DNA from: Prosthecobacter sp.
Lineage (GTDB): Bacteria > Verrucomicrobiota > Verrucomicrobiia > Verrucomicrobiales > Verrucomicrobiaceae
Length of the DNA stretch: 64,000 bases
Direction of reading: 5' to 3'
NCBI GenBank assembly: GCA_044345155.1
Contig: JBIJBP010000001.1
Location: 58,800 to 122,799 of the forward strand
The notes under the pieces were generated by a model. It ran no database searches and was not told where the DNA came from. It saw nothing but the letters and a program-made list of their open reading frames with translations. How positions within the stretch are numbered: position 1 is the first letter of the stretch; the number at the start of each line of letters is the position of its first letter. A program made the position numbers and the translations under genes. Positions 18,001 to 30,000 of the stretch are shown here, one piece after another.

Positions 18001-21000
18001 CCAGGACGCAGGGTCACGGGGATCGGAGCGCTGGTGTTTGGATTGATCAGGGTGCCCGCCTCGCCGGCAACGTTGAGGCTGCCATAAATCTTGATGTCCG
18101 AGGTGGTCAGAGTGCCGCGGGCTTCCAGCGTGCTGTTGCGGTTGATGAGCGTGGAACCGGTGTAGTTCTGGCCCTGCATCAGGACAATGGTGCCGGTGCC
18201 GTTGGCAAGGTTGCTCATGTCCTGGACGGTCGTCGGCGTTCCAACCACGAGACCCGCGGCCTTGCCGGCGTTGACGTCGGTCAGGATGTTGGAGTTGCCA
18301 TTGCTGCCAAAGAACAGCGTGTTGCCACCCGCGCCAAGACGGTAAGTGTCACCAATGCCAGGAGCCAGGGTGGCTGCATTGTAGGAGCCGTTGGCACCGA
18401 TGCCGTTGGTCGCAGAACCGAGGAACCACATGCCGTCACCGATGCTGCGCATGTCGAGAGCCTTGGTGTAGATCGTGCCAAGCGCCAGGGCGGCGGAGGA
18501 CGGATTGGAGGCCTTCAGGTAGTAGTCCGTGGCGCTGTTCTGAACACCACCGAGGCCGAGGGCGCGCAGGCGGACATCATCAAGCGAGAGGTCGGAGGCC
18601 AGGGAGAAAGCGGCCATCCAGCTCAGGTTGCCGGTGACGTAGATGTTCTGGCCTTCCACGAGGTTGCCCGCGTCGTTGACCTGGAACATGGAGATCGGCC
18701 CCTGGAAGATGTGGCCGGAACCGAACTTGGCCGTGTTGCTGAGCGTCACCTGCCCGCCTTCGAAGCTGCCGAAGTAGTTGCGGCCGCTGGCGCTCAGGAA
18801 GGTGCCGCCGCTGTAGCCGGCGCTGTTGTCGGAGTTGATGTAAAGGGTGCCGCCATTGCTGCGGCGGTTGAAGGTGCCGTTGCCGGTGATCGGACCGTTG
18901 AGGGTCAGCCCGCCGCCGTCCGCCTGGATGATCAGGTCACGCTCGAAAGTGGTGGTGCCGTTGACCCAGATGGAGTCGTTGTTGCCAGTCAGGAAGTAGG
19001 CGTAGGGCGTACCCAGTGCGCCGGCAGCCTCGACATTGTTGATCTGAACCGTCTTCCAACTGCTGTTGGCCAGGAAGGCGCGGTCCACCTGGATACGGCT
19101 GCCAGCGCCGCTAACAAATTGATTGCTGGAAACCGGCAGGCTGGAGCCGAAACGGAAGCTGGTGTCGGCGTAGGTCATGGTCCTCATTCCCAGGGCGGTG
19201 CCGTCACCATCCGTGAGCATGGCCACACCATAGGAGGTGCTGCCGGCGTTCAATTCAATGGTCTGATTGGCCCCCAGGGGGTTGGCACTACCTTCAGAAG
19301 AACGGGCCTGAACAAGACCACCGGAAACCAGCCAGCTGCCGACCTGGTTCTGGTTGGCGCCGCCTGCGGAGTTGTAAAGCACCAGGGTGCTCGAACCGGT
19401 CTTCACCAGGTCCTGACCGGCGGCATTGAACTGTCCGCCCACCCAGAGCGTGCCACCGGCAAGGCGCAGGGTGGCATCATTGTTGATGGTCATGCCGCCA
19501 TAGATCACGGTGCTGCCTTCAACAAAGTTGAGCTGAGGTGCATTGAGCGTCAGGGTGTTGATACCAGCGTTGCGGGTCACGGCGTCAATCTGCGACGTCG
19601 TGTTCAGGGGCAGCAGGACGCCGTTGGCATAGGAAGTGGCGGAAACCGTGACGTTCACACCGTTGGCGGAGTTGCCCCAGCGCAGGTAATCAATGCCATC
19701 GGTCACTTCCGTGAGGTTGGTGGCACCGTTCAGGACAGCCAACCCGTTCAGACGCAGGCGACCGCCTTCGAGGGTCACGTTGCCGGATCCCAGCGAGTTG
19801 ACGGTCTGAGGTTCAAGCCTGCCCAGAGGAGTCGCGTTGCCCGTGGCGTTGGTGACGCGCCCGCTGCGAACGACGGTGCCACCGGAATGATCACTGAAGC
19901 CGTTCAGGAGCAGCGCGCCCGAGCCAGACTTGACCAGGCTCACGGTTCCCGCACCATTCGTGATGCGACCAGACCAAGTGACATCCGCACCGAAGCCGTT
20001 CACGGCGGTCAGGGTGGCGGCTCCCGAGATGTTCGAACGCACCGTGCCGTTGCCGGTCAGGCCTGCGACGGAGATGTTGAGGCCGTTCAGGTCGAAGACG
20101 CCGGCTTCATTGACGTTGAGGGCAAAGTGGCCGAGAAGGTCGCCTGCAGCCGTGTTGCGGAAGCTGTTGTTCACCTGGAAGGCGGCGCCCGTGGAGGCAA
20201 AGCGCATCGTGCCATCCTGGACGCTGACCAGCGGCAGGCGGCTGTTGTTGGTGTTAAGCAGGTTGCCTGTGCCACCGACTTCAAGAACCCCAGGACCGGT
20301 CTTGGTGAAGTCGCGGGCGCTGATGCCACCGGAGATGGAGGAGGCCGCAGCCTGGCCTTCACGCACATAAACGATTGCTTCGGTCAGGGAGGCGCCTGGA
20401 CCGGTGCCAAAGAGGACGGGGGCGCTGAGGCTGACACCGTCAGCTCCGTTCATGATCAGACCGCCGCGGGCGATGCGGATCAGCGTGCTGACATCCGCAG
20501 GGGTGATGTTGGCGGAGGTCCGGAGGGCCTGGACATCGATGTTACCCGCACCAGCGACGTCGGCGACGGAGATGTCGGCGACATTGGCGGAGGCAGTGGC
20601 GGCCAGGGAGGTCACCGTGGTCACATCATGCTCACGAATGCCGGTGGTGGCGTCGTAGCGCGCGAAGTTCGCGTCACCCGGGGTCTGAAGGCGGACGAAG
20701 ACCGAAGGCGTGGTGAGGATGTTGCCGCCACCGGTGGCGGTGTTGGCCGGGGCACCGGCGGTGATCATCAGTCTTTCATTGGTGCCAAGCTCAGCCAGGG
20801 CGGTGGGAACCACATACATCGTGCCCGGGTTCACGCTGGTCAGGGCGGGAGTGTAGCCGGCAGGTGCACCACCACGTGTCAGGGCGGTGGAAAGGGTCAG
20901 CTGGCTGGTGGTGGCACCCTTGTTGAGGGCCACGGCACCGGCACCGGTGTAGGTCAGCGTGGGAACCGCAAGAGCCTGGGCGGAAGCACCGCCGACAAGA

Positions 21001-24000
21001 GCAAGGGCTCCACCGGCAAGGGTCACGGCGCTGGTTGCAAACGGAGTGCCCGTGGTGGCGGTCGTGCCAACGATGCCGCCCAGGGTGTAGCGGCCGACAT
21101 TGCTGTCGAGCACCGGCTGACCACCCAGGGTCAGGGTGGTGATGGTGTTGGCGCTGTTGTTCAGCAGCAGGGTGCCCTCGCCGCTCTTGCTGAGGGTGAA
21201 GGCGCCGGTGGTGGCGGCGCTCAGGGTGACGGTCTTGCCGGATGCCACGTCGATTCCGCTTCCAGCAGCAAGGTTCAGAACGCGGGAGGAGGTGACGCTT
21301 TCCGAGAAGGAGAGCACGCCGCCGTTGAGATTGACGGTGGTGCCTGCGCCCAGGGCGGCGTCAGAGTTCACACGCAGGACGCCTCCGGAGACACGGATGC
21401 CGGTCGTGCTGCTGGTGGCGAAAGTGTTGGCACCCGTGAGGACAAGCATGCCGGGACCGGTCTTGTCGATCAGGACACCGGCGGCTCCAGAGGCGCTCAG
21501 GATGCCGCTGAAGGTAATCGGCGCATGCTGGTTCTGCACGGCGATGGTGCGTGTGCGGAGAGAGGTATCGCTGTTGACATCCAGGCCGCGGGTGAAGGTG
21601 ATGGCCTGGTTGCCGCCGAAGGTCATGCTCGTGTTGGCTGCCACGTTGATGGCATTGAGCGCATTGACGATGGTCACCGAGCCGCCGGTGGACTCAAAGA
21701 GAGTGCCGCGGTTCTGCTCGCCACCGGCAAAAGTCAGGGCACCCGAGCCGAAAGGACCACTGAAGATGGTGGTCGGATTGTTGGCGGGGCCGGTGAAGTA
21801 GCTGGTGCCACCGATTTGAACTCGTGCAGACTGGAAGGTCGTGCCACCCGAGTAGGTGTTGATGCCGTAACCGTTGGAATTACCACCAAAGGTGACCGTA
21901 CCCGAGGGAGCAGGAACGGCGGCGGTGGTGCCGACAGTCAGCGCGCCGGGGCCGCTGATGACGCCCTGGAGGTCGAGACGTCCACCGCGGAAGGCAGCCA
22001 CATCGGCACCGGCGGCACCAACGGTCAGGGTCTGGGCGCTGGCGACCGAGATGCCGCCCAGCATGAGGACGCGGTTCGCAACACCCGTGTCAAACGTGCC
22101 GGTCGTATTGACGATGAGGTCACGTCCGATGGTCATGCGACCGGAGGCGCGCAGGCTGCCGCCGGAGAGGATGATGGCGGAATCGCTGTTGCCCAGCGGA
22201 CCGTCCTGATTGGGAAGGATGTCGCCTGCGGCGAACAGGAAGCCACCGCTCACCTGGGTGAAGCCGTTGTAGGTGTTAACTCCGGTCAGGTGCAGGTTGC
22301 CGGCACCAACCTTGATGACGCTGCTGCCATTGACACCGCTGACCACGCCGCGGACGGCAAAGTTACCGGCGGAAACATTGAAGCTGCGGGTGGCACCGGC
22401 ACCAGTGACATCGCTCAGCTGGAGCGGCCCGCGGAGAACCATGTCACCGGCGTTGTGGCCCATGTCACCCTGCATAACCACGGTGTTGTTGAGCGTGATG
22501 GCGCTGTTGGTGAAGTTGTTGTTGCCGAAGTCGGAGCGGGTGGTGCCGCCGTTGAGGATCAGGCGGCCGTTGCCGAGGGCGAAGTTGTTGCCGATGGCCA
22601 GCACGGAACCCGTGTTGACTCGGACATCACCGACGAGTCCGGTGTTGCGCGTCGAAAGGGCAATGTAGCCGGAGTTGCCGTTGATGAAGGCGGGAGCAGT
22701 CGAGGCAAAGTCACCGGTGGCCGCACCGATTTCAATCGCCACCTGCCCGGCGGTGCCGCCGCTGAAGAGGTTTTCATAAAGCGTCGTGCGACCGTTGCTG
22801 ACGCTGACGGAACCGAAGTTCAGGCCACCCTGGTTGCCGCCGCCACCCAGGAGGTACTTGCCACCTGAGGCCGCACCGAAGGTCGGGGCAAAGTAGTAGG
22901 TTTCGGCCTGCTGCGAGTTGCCAATCCACCATTTGCCGCCAGGAATCGAGGTCATGTTGAGAGGCTGGCTGTAGTAGCCGTAGTCCAGGGAGACCACACC
23001 CGCGAACGCGCCCGAGGAGGAGACCTTCACCTGGCCAGCGGTCGGGGTGCCGGTCGTGATGATCGAAGGCAGGACTCCATTGTGAGCCAGGCCGATGCCG
23101 CCCAGGCCATAGCCGTCGGAAGTCAGATAGACGGCGTTGGAGGCGATGTTGGCGTTGTCGGCGACGCGGAGATGGCCACCAGGCATGATGTTGATGTCAC
23201 CCGTGCTGAACGGAGTGCCGGAACCGCGAACCGTGGAAGCCACGGTGCTGGTCGCCGTTCCCGTCGTGCTGCCCCAGATGGTGGTGCCTCCGGCGTAATC
23301 GTTGGCGGCGTTCATGAGGGTGGTGGCGCCGTTGCCGTACTTGATGAGGCCGCCCGCACCCGTGACAACACCGGCAAGGCTTGTCTGGGAGAAGCCGCTG
23401 AAGGTGCCGTTGATCCTGGCCTCAGGATTCAGAGTGGTCGTTCCGGTCACCCAGATGCCGCTCTGGAGTTCGAGCGTGATGCTGCTGTTGCCCGTCATCG
23501 GGCTGGAACCGGCGGAATTGCCGATGGTCAGATCGGCGATGCGCACATACTGGGCCTGGCCGTTGTTACGCAGGACGGCATCACCCTGGATGTAGATGTC
23601 ACTGGCGAAGTAACCCTGGCCGGACTGCACGTTCGAGGCAATTTCCGTGGCCGTGCCAGCGGGGTTGGCATTGAAGGATTGCAGGTTCAGGGTGCCCGAG
23701 TTGACGATGACATCCTGGCTGTTCAGGACCTGGCCGACCGAGGAAGTGCTGAGGGAATAAGGCACACGGACGTAGGTGGTGCCTTCATGCAGGGTCACCG
23801 GGCCGCCAATGCCCGGGTTGACGCCGTGGATCTGGAGCTGACCAGCTCCGAACTTGGTGAGACCCAGGGCCGCATTCATCTGGGCCTGGATGATGACGGT
23901 GCCGCTGTTGTAAATGAAGGCTTCACCCGCGCCGGCTGCGCCGAAGTTGAGGGTCATCGGGGACACGACACCGGCGGTGATGGCACCCGTCGGGTTGATG

Positions 24001-27000
24001 GTGCCAGCCGTGGCGATCAGGCCACCGCTGTTGAAGGTCATCGTGTTGAAGCTAGCCGTCGGGCTGATGTTCTGGCTGGTGCGCAGGGCATGCATGGTGA
24101 CGTTGGCGCCAAGGGTCTTGGCTGCGGTGGTCACGTCCACAATGTCATTGGAACCGGTGGCGGTGAAGGTGGCACCGGCCAGGATCTGGTTGTAGGAGAT
24201 CTGACCTGCTCCAGGTGTGGCCGAGCTGATCAGGGGCTGGAAGCCGGTGTTGGCGGCCGTCGGGTTGTAACCCACGAAGGAGTGGGTCACACGGTCAACG
24301 ATCCAGGGAGCCACCATGCCGCCATTCGTGGCACCAGAGCCGTTGAGGGTCGTGCCGCTGCGGATGCCAGGGTCGGTGACAGCAACCCCGCCGATGGAAG
24401 TAGCCAGCAGGCGCTCATAGGAAAGCGGGGTGGTGATAGGAATGCCAAGGAAGCCGCTGTTGTAGTTGAGGGTGAGAATGCCAGCCTCAGCACGGGAAAT
24501 GTCACCGACATTCAACTGGGCGGCTGAAGCGGCCGAATTGCGAACCACGGTGATGAGGCCGCGCTTGCGGGCCGTGACATCGCCAATGGTCTCCGTGGTG
24601 GTCATGTTGGCGCCGCCGTCATAGCGGAACTCACCACCGTTCAGGTCGATGCCCACGGTGTCAGCCCAGCGGCCCTGGCCGCCGGCACCAATGAACGGAA
24701 TGGCATTCGTACCATCGGCGTCGTGCAATCCGACCTGGCCGCCCGGGCGCAGGTAGATGTCGTTGTAATGAAGGCCGGTGGCGGGATTGACCATGGATCC
24801 CTGGGCACCGCGGATGCGCAGGGTGCCATAAACTTCAATGTCGCCATCACCCAGAGCGGATTCACCACCAACGCGGCCGCCAATATCGGTGTAGATGCTG
24901 GCCCCCTTGGTGATCTGCGCGCCGCCGGTGAAGTCGTTGGCGTTGCGCATCACCACGATGTTGCCGCCGTTGACAATGACACCAAAAATATTGTTACGCT
25001 GAGGTCCGACCTGGAGGTAATTGTCACCAGTCAGCACGTTATCGGTTCCCGAGAAGGCGAAACTGCTCGTCCCAGGGGCGATGCGATAGACACCCATGGT
25101 AGGATTCCAGGCATCAGGGGCACCGGCACCGAGGGTGGGAGCCACATAGGCGACCTCGCCGTTGAGACCACCGCCGAGGAAGGCGCGACCGTCACCGATC
25201 TCGTTCATGTCCAGGGCCGTCTGGAAGAAAGGCTCGCCGAGTTGAAGGGCGGTGTTGTAAGCGCTGGAGAAGTTGGTCGCGTCGAGAACGCTTGGATTGA
25301 AGTTGCCTTCAATGACCACCGCGCCCAGGGCTCCTGCACGGCTCAGGGTGGTCAGCTTGGTGCCGTCCACGCTGTTGTTGCCGGCGATGCGCAGGGCACC
25401 GTCAGGGAAGATGCGGACAGGACCGGTGCCGAGGGGGGTGCCGCTGGTGGCGAGGACCTGGATGTCACCGCCGATGATGTTGGTGCCGCCGCTGTAGGTG
25501 TTGGCGTTGCCGCCGATGGTGAGGTTACGGATCGTGCCGTCGCCCAGCTTGGTGAGGGTGCCGCCCGAGATGACACCGAAGAGCTCGATGATGCCGCTGG
25601 GGCCGTCACTGTTGGTCTGGAAGGCGGCCTGCGAGCCCATGATGTTCGTGGGGCCGCCAACGCGGAAGCGGTAGTTGTTGCCACCGCTCACCTGGAGGGT
25701 GGTGTTGGACATGTTAAGCACGCCCACCTGCATGATGTTGCCGACGCCGAAACCGCCGTTGCTCAGCGGCGTGCCCCTGTTGACGGTGACAAGGCCGGGA
25801 CCGCGGACGTTGAGGGTCAGGCCGGCGGTGCCGTCCTTGCCAAAGATCGCCACCATGTTGTTGTACTGCTGTCCGTTGCTGCCGTTGATGCCCGTGGTGC
25901 CGTTGCTGAACAGCAGGCCCAGAGTGCCGCCGTAGAGGTTGACATCGCCGGGGGTGATGCCGTTGCCGCCGCCGAGCGCGGTGGTGGAGTTGTTGATGTT
26001 CAGGCCGCCGGTGGTGCCGATGCCGTAGATGTCGGTGCCGCCCGTGTGGGTGTTGACGCCGGCATCCGGCGTGGAGGCAGTGTAGCCGTTGAGGGTGAGG
26101 ACACCGGCACCCTGCTTGATGAGGCGCATGTTGAGCTCAAGGGTGCCGTTGTAGGTGGAGGTGGTCGGCCCTGCGATGTTCAGGGTGGCGGGGGTGCCGG
26201 AGGTGTTTTTGACGGCACCACCAACTCGGGCGACCGCACCGATGAGGCGGTTGTTGGACTCGAGGGTCTCAAAGGAGCCGTTGTAACCGTTAAGGTCGAG
26301 GGCCGCACCACCATTGACGCGAAGGTCGGCGTTCATCGTGCCAAAGACGCCCTGACCACCCAGCTTGAGGGTGCCTGCCTGCACGCTGACAAACGAGGGA
26401 GCCATGGCAGCGCCCTGTAGTTCGAGGCTGCCATTGCCAAACTTGGTGAATGCATTGGATGTGATGTTACCGGAGATGATGGCGCTGGCACCACTCTTCA
26501 CAAAGACCAGGCCTTCACCCGTCGTTCCGGTGCCGGGGGCCGTCGCGGAGGCTGGATCAAAGATCAGGTTGGAGGAGACCGTGTTGGAACCGTTGATCAG
26601 GATGCCGCCCGTCTTCACGTTGTCCACGGCAGCGATGCGCAGGGTGCCGCCAAGAACGTTGGCATTGGTGCGGAAGGCATAGATGCCGTTTTCACCGGTG
26701 AGGTTCTGCTCGGCGCTGATGTCAGCGATGGCATTCGGGAAGGCACCGGACAGGCTGGTGTTCGATGCGCCCGAGTAGGGCTTGAAGCCGTTTGTGGCGT
26801 CGTTTTCCAGGAAGAAGCCGTCGCCTGTCGCGGTGGCACCGATGAGGGAAGGAGCAAAGATGCCGTTGGTAAGCGCCGAAGCGCGGGCCAGGCTGGCGTT
26901 GACCGCATTGGTGGTGATCACACGGGCGGTGTTACTGCCACCAGTGCCGCCCAGCGTGGTTGCCCCCACAAGCTGAAGGACCAGGGTGCCCTGATTTTGA

Positions 27001-30000
27001 CGAATGATGTTGTCGGCATTGAACTCCATGGAGAATCCGGTTCCGCTTCCCATGGCGAGGGTCATGCCGCCGCCATAGTTGTAAGTCGTGGTGCTGGCCT
27101 GGTTCGTGAGGGCGAAGTTGGCCGTGGTGTTGACCGCACGGATCGTGCCGCCCATCATGTCAATGAAGGTATTGTCACTGGCCGTGGTGGTGCTGTTGGT
27201 CCAGGGGGATGCATTGGCAAACTGCCAGACACCATTGACCATGGCAAAGCCGCGCATGGTGTTGGTGCCGGTGGTGATCAGGGTGCCCGGACCGGTCTTG
27301 AAGCCGTAGTCCAGTTCCGTTCCCTGGGTGAAGGCACCGTTCATGGTGAAGGTGTTGCCGGCAGTGATGTCAATGCCACCGCTGGTGTTGGTGTTGCCGT
27401 TGTTGTTGAAGACGGCACCACGGTTGGTGCTGCCGGTGAAATTGATGCGCGTCGTGCCGCCCATGTAGCGGGTGTTGGTGCCAGCACCACCAAGGAGCTG
27501 ATCGCCGCCATAGCTGAACTGGCTGGTGGTGGCAGGATCTCCCAGGGCGAGCTGATTGTTCACCTGCAGGACACCATCCGCCACAAAGAGGCCAATGACG
27601 GAATTTTGCCCGTTCAGAATCATCGTGCCGAGGCCGCGCTTCATCAGTGAGTTGCCACCATCAATCACCGAGGAGGCATCCTGGGTCAGGGTCAGGCCGC
27701 CAGCGATGTCGAAGTAACCGTTGCTGCCATGGACGTGGTAGTTGCGGGAGGTGGTGAAGGAGTTTTCCCAGACAGCAATACCGCCATTCACCATGTTGAT
27801 CAGGCTGGTCTGGCCCCAGTCGCTGTCCTGGTTGACGCCAATCAGACCGCCCGCAAGGGTGGTAGAACCGGTGTAGGTGTTGACACCGTTGAAGAACAGG
27901 GTGCCGAGGCCGCCTTTGACGAAGTGATTGCCAGAACCGCCGACGCCATCGGTGATGCCTCCGTCGATCCAGACCATGCCGGCGTTGTTGACGTCACCAC
28001 CGGTCTGATCGGTGCCGATGTTGAAGGTGCGGACGACTCCGGTTGAGCCCGGTGCCAGGGCAAGCGTGCCGCCCAGACGCACATCATAAGCAATGTTCTC
28101 CATCTGCAGCGTACTATCCGCGGTGAAGACCATGTTGTTGCTGATGGTCTGCGGCACAATCGCACGGTTTTGAGCGCTCGCGGAGTCCACACGGAAGGAG
28201 CCACCCGCGAGAGTGATGTCTCCGGTGCCGGCCAGGGCGTCACGGGCGCTCAAGCGCACGGAAACACCGGGGTTGAAAACAGTGCCGCCCGTATGAGCCT
28301 GGAGGACGTCAAACTGAACAACACCACCGCTGTTGTTCACCGTCTGGTCGGCACGGCTTGATTCACCGGTCATGGAGATGCCGGTGATGATCGAGTTGCC
28401 ACCCGCCAAGGGAACCGCCACGCGGAAGGTGCCCTGTTGGGTGCCGAGGAGGTATCGGTTGCCGGAAGCCGGAGCAAGATCGCCCGTGAAGATGCCGGTG
28501 TAACCCAGGGCAGCACCAAGGTAAACATCCCCTCCCCAGTTGGTGGCGAGGGCGGCGAGATCAATGTCCTGGCTGAAGCCCACGGCCCCCAGACCGAGAC
28601 CACCCGCCCAGGGAGCGGTGGTGTTGATGGCAAAGGACGGAAGTGCGGTCATCGGATCTCCCACATACAGCATGCCGATGCCGGAGATGCCGCCACGGTC
28701 AGAGTTGATGGTGAGCTGGCCGGAGCTGAGGTTGTTGCTGCTTGCCAGGGTGATGGCTGCGCCCGGATTCAGGGTGATGGCACCCGTGCCGAAGGGGGCC
28801 GAACCGGTATTGAGGCTGGTCATGCTGCCGGCATAGCTGGTGATGGCACCGCTGTAGCCTGAGGAATCCCCTGTGACGATGAGCCTCTCGTTGTAGAACT
28901 TGTCAAACCTGCCCGTGCCTGCAATGCCACCATTGAGCTGAATAGGATGCTGAATGGAGAACTGAGCGTCATTGTTCAGCGTGAGTGTTCCATAAACGGT
29001 GGTGATGTTGCCACCTGCTTGGTTTTGCACACGGACCTGCGTGGGAGCGGTGCTGCCGACCCGAGGCTCAACGACAAGGTTGTTGAAGCCGGAGGCGCCG
29101 ACGTTGACGTTGCCGATACGGGCGTCATCTTTGATGATCAGGTTGTTCTGATAACGGGAGCTGCCGGACTGGAGGTAAACGGAACCACCCCAGATGTTCA
29201 CATCCTTGGCCGTCGCATCCGTGGGCAGGCCTGCGGCGCCCTGGCTGAGCCGGGTTTCACCTGCGTTGAGGTTAAGCGGGCCGGAGAAGGTGTTCTGGCC
29301 GGTCAGGGAGAGGACGCCGTCGCCAAAGCGGGTGATGCCAGCGGAGCCGGTCAGCACGCCGCTCAGAGTGATGATACCGGCAGTGCCGCCTGTCGTCGCC
29401 GCATAGATCATGCCTTCCTGGGAGCCGAAACCGAAGTTGGTGGTGTGGGTGATGCCATTGTTGGCGGTGTGCGCCAGGAAAAGGCCCGCACCCTGGCCGA
29501 CGCCGGCGGCGGCGCCCAGCGTCATTGCGCTGGAGGCGTTGAAGGTGTTGGTGTTGGCGGTGGATCGAATGCGCAGGGCCTGCACGCTGGCACCGGCGCC
29601 GGTGTAGGCCGTGGCGTCGAAATTGACGAGGGAACCTGTGGTGGCCGCTGTAAAGGTGTTGTTCAGGGTGAAGGCGGCACTGGTGAGACCGTGGGTGGAG
29701 TCATAGGTCGCGAACAACGGCGTGCCGGCATCATTCAAGTTCGCGCCACCCCAGATCGCGATGTTGGCCCCGATCATGCCATTGTTCACCGTGGGTGCGC
29801 CGGTGCTGATGATCAGCTTCTGGGTGCCTGCGGAGGTGCCCAGGGTCGTCGCCGTGTTGGCGATGTTACGAATGTTCAGGGTGCCGTTGCCGGTGCGGGT
29901 GAGACTGTTCAGCGTCAGGGTTGTCAGCCTGCTCGCGGTGGTGCCGTCCGTGTCCACGCTGATTGTGTTGCCACCGGCATAGGTGAGTTGATCGATGGCC

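Noticed and set aside
15273-22868. 2,531-codon plus-strand ORF, and further long plus-strand ORFs at 12330..14180, 23082..24527, 24723..26420 and 28947..31949, all antisense to the giant gene
   Set aside because: Their translations are monotonous G/A/V/D/R-rich strings with no signal, domain or repeat logic. The minus-strand frame is continuous for 19,971 nt and has a signal-like N-terminus, recognisable PATR repeats and a PEP-CTERM end. Stop-free antisense frames are expected for high-GC, codon-biased repeat genes.
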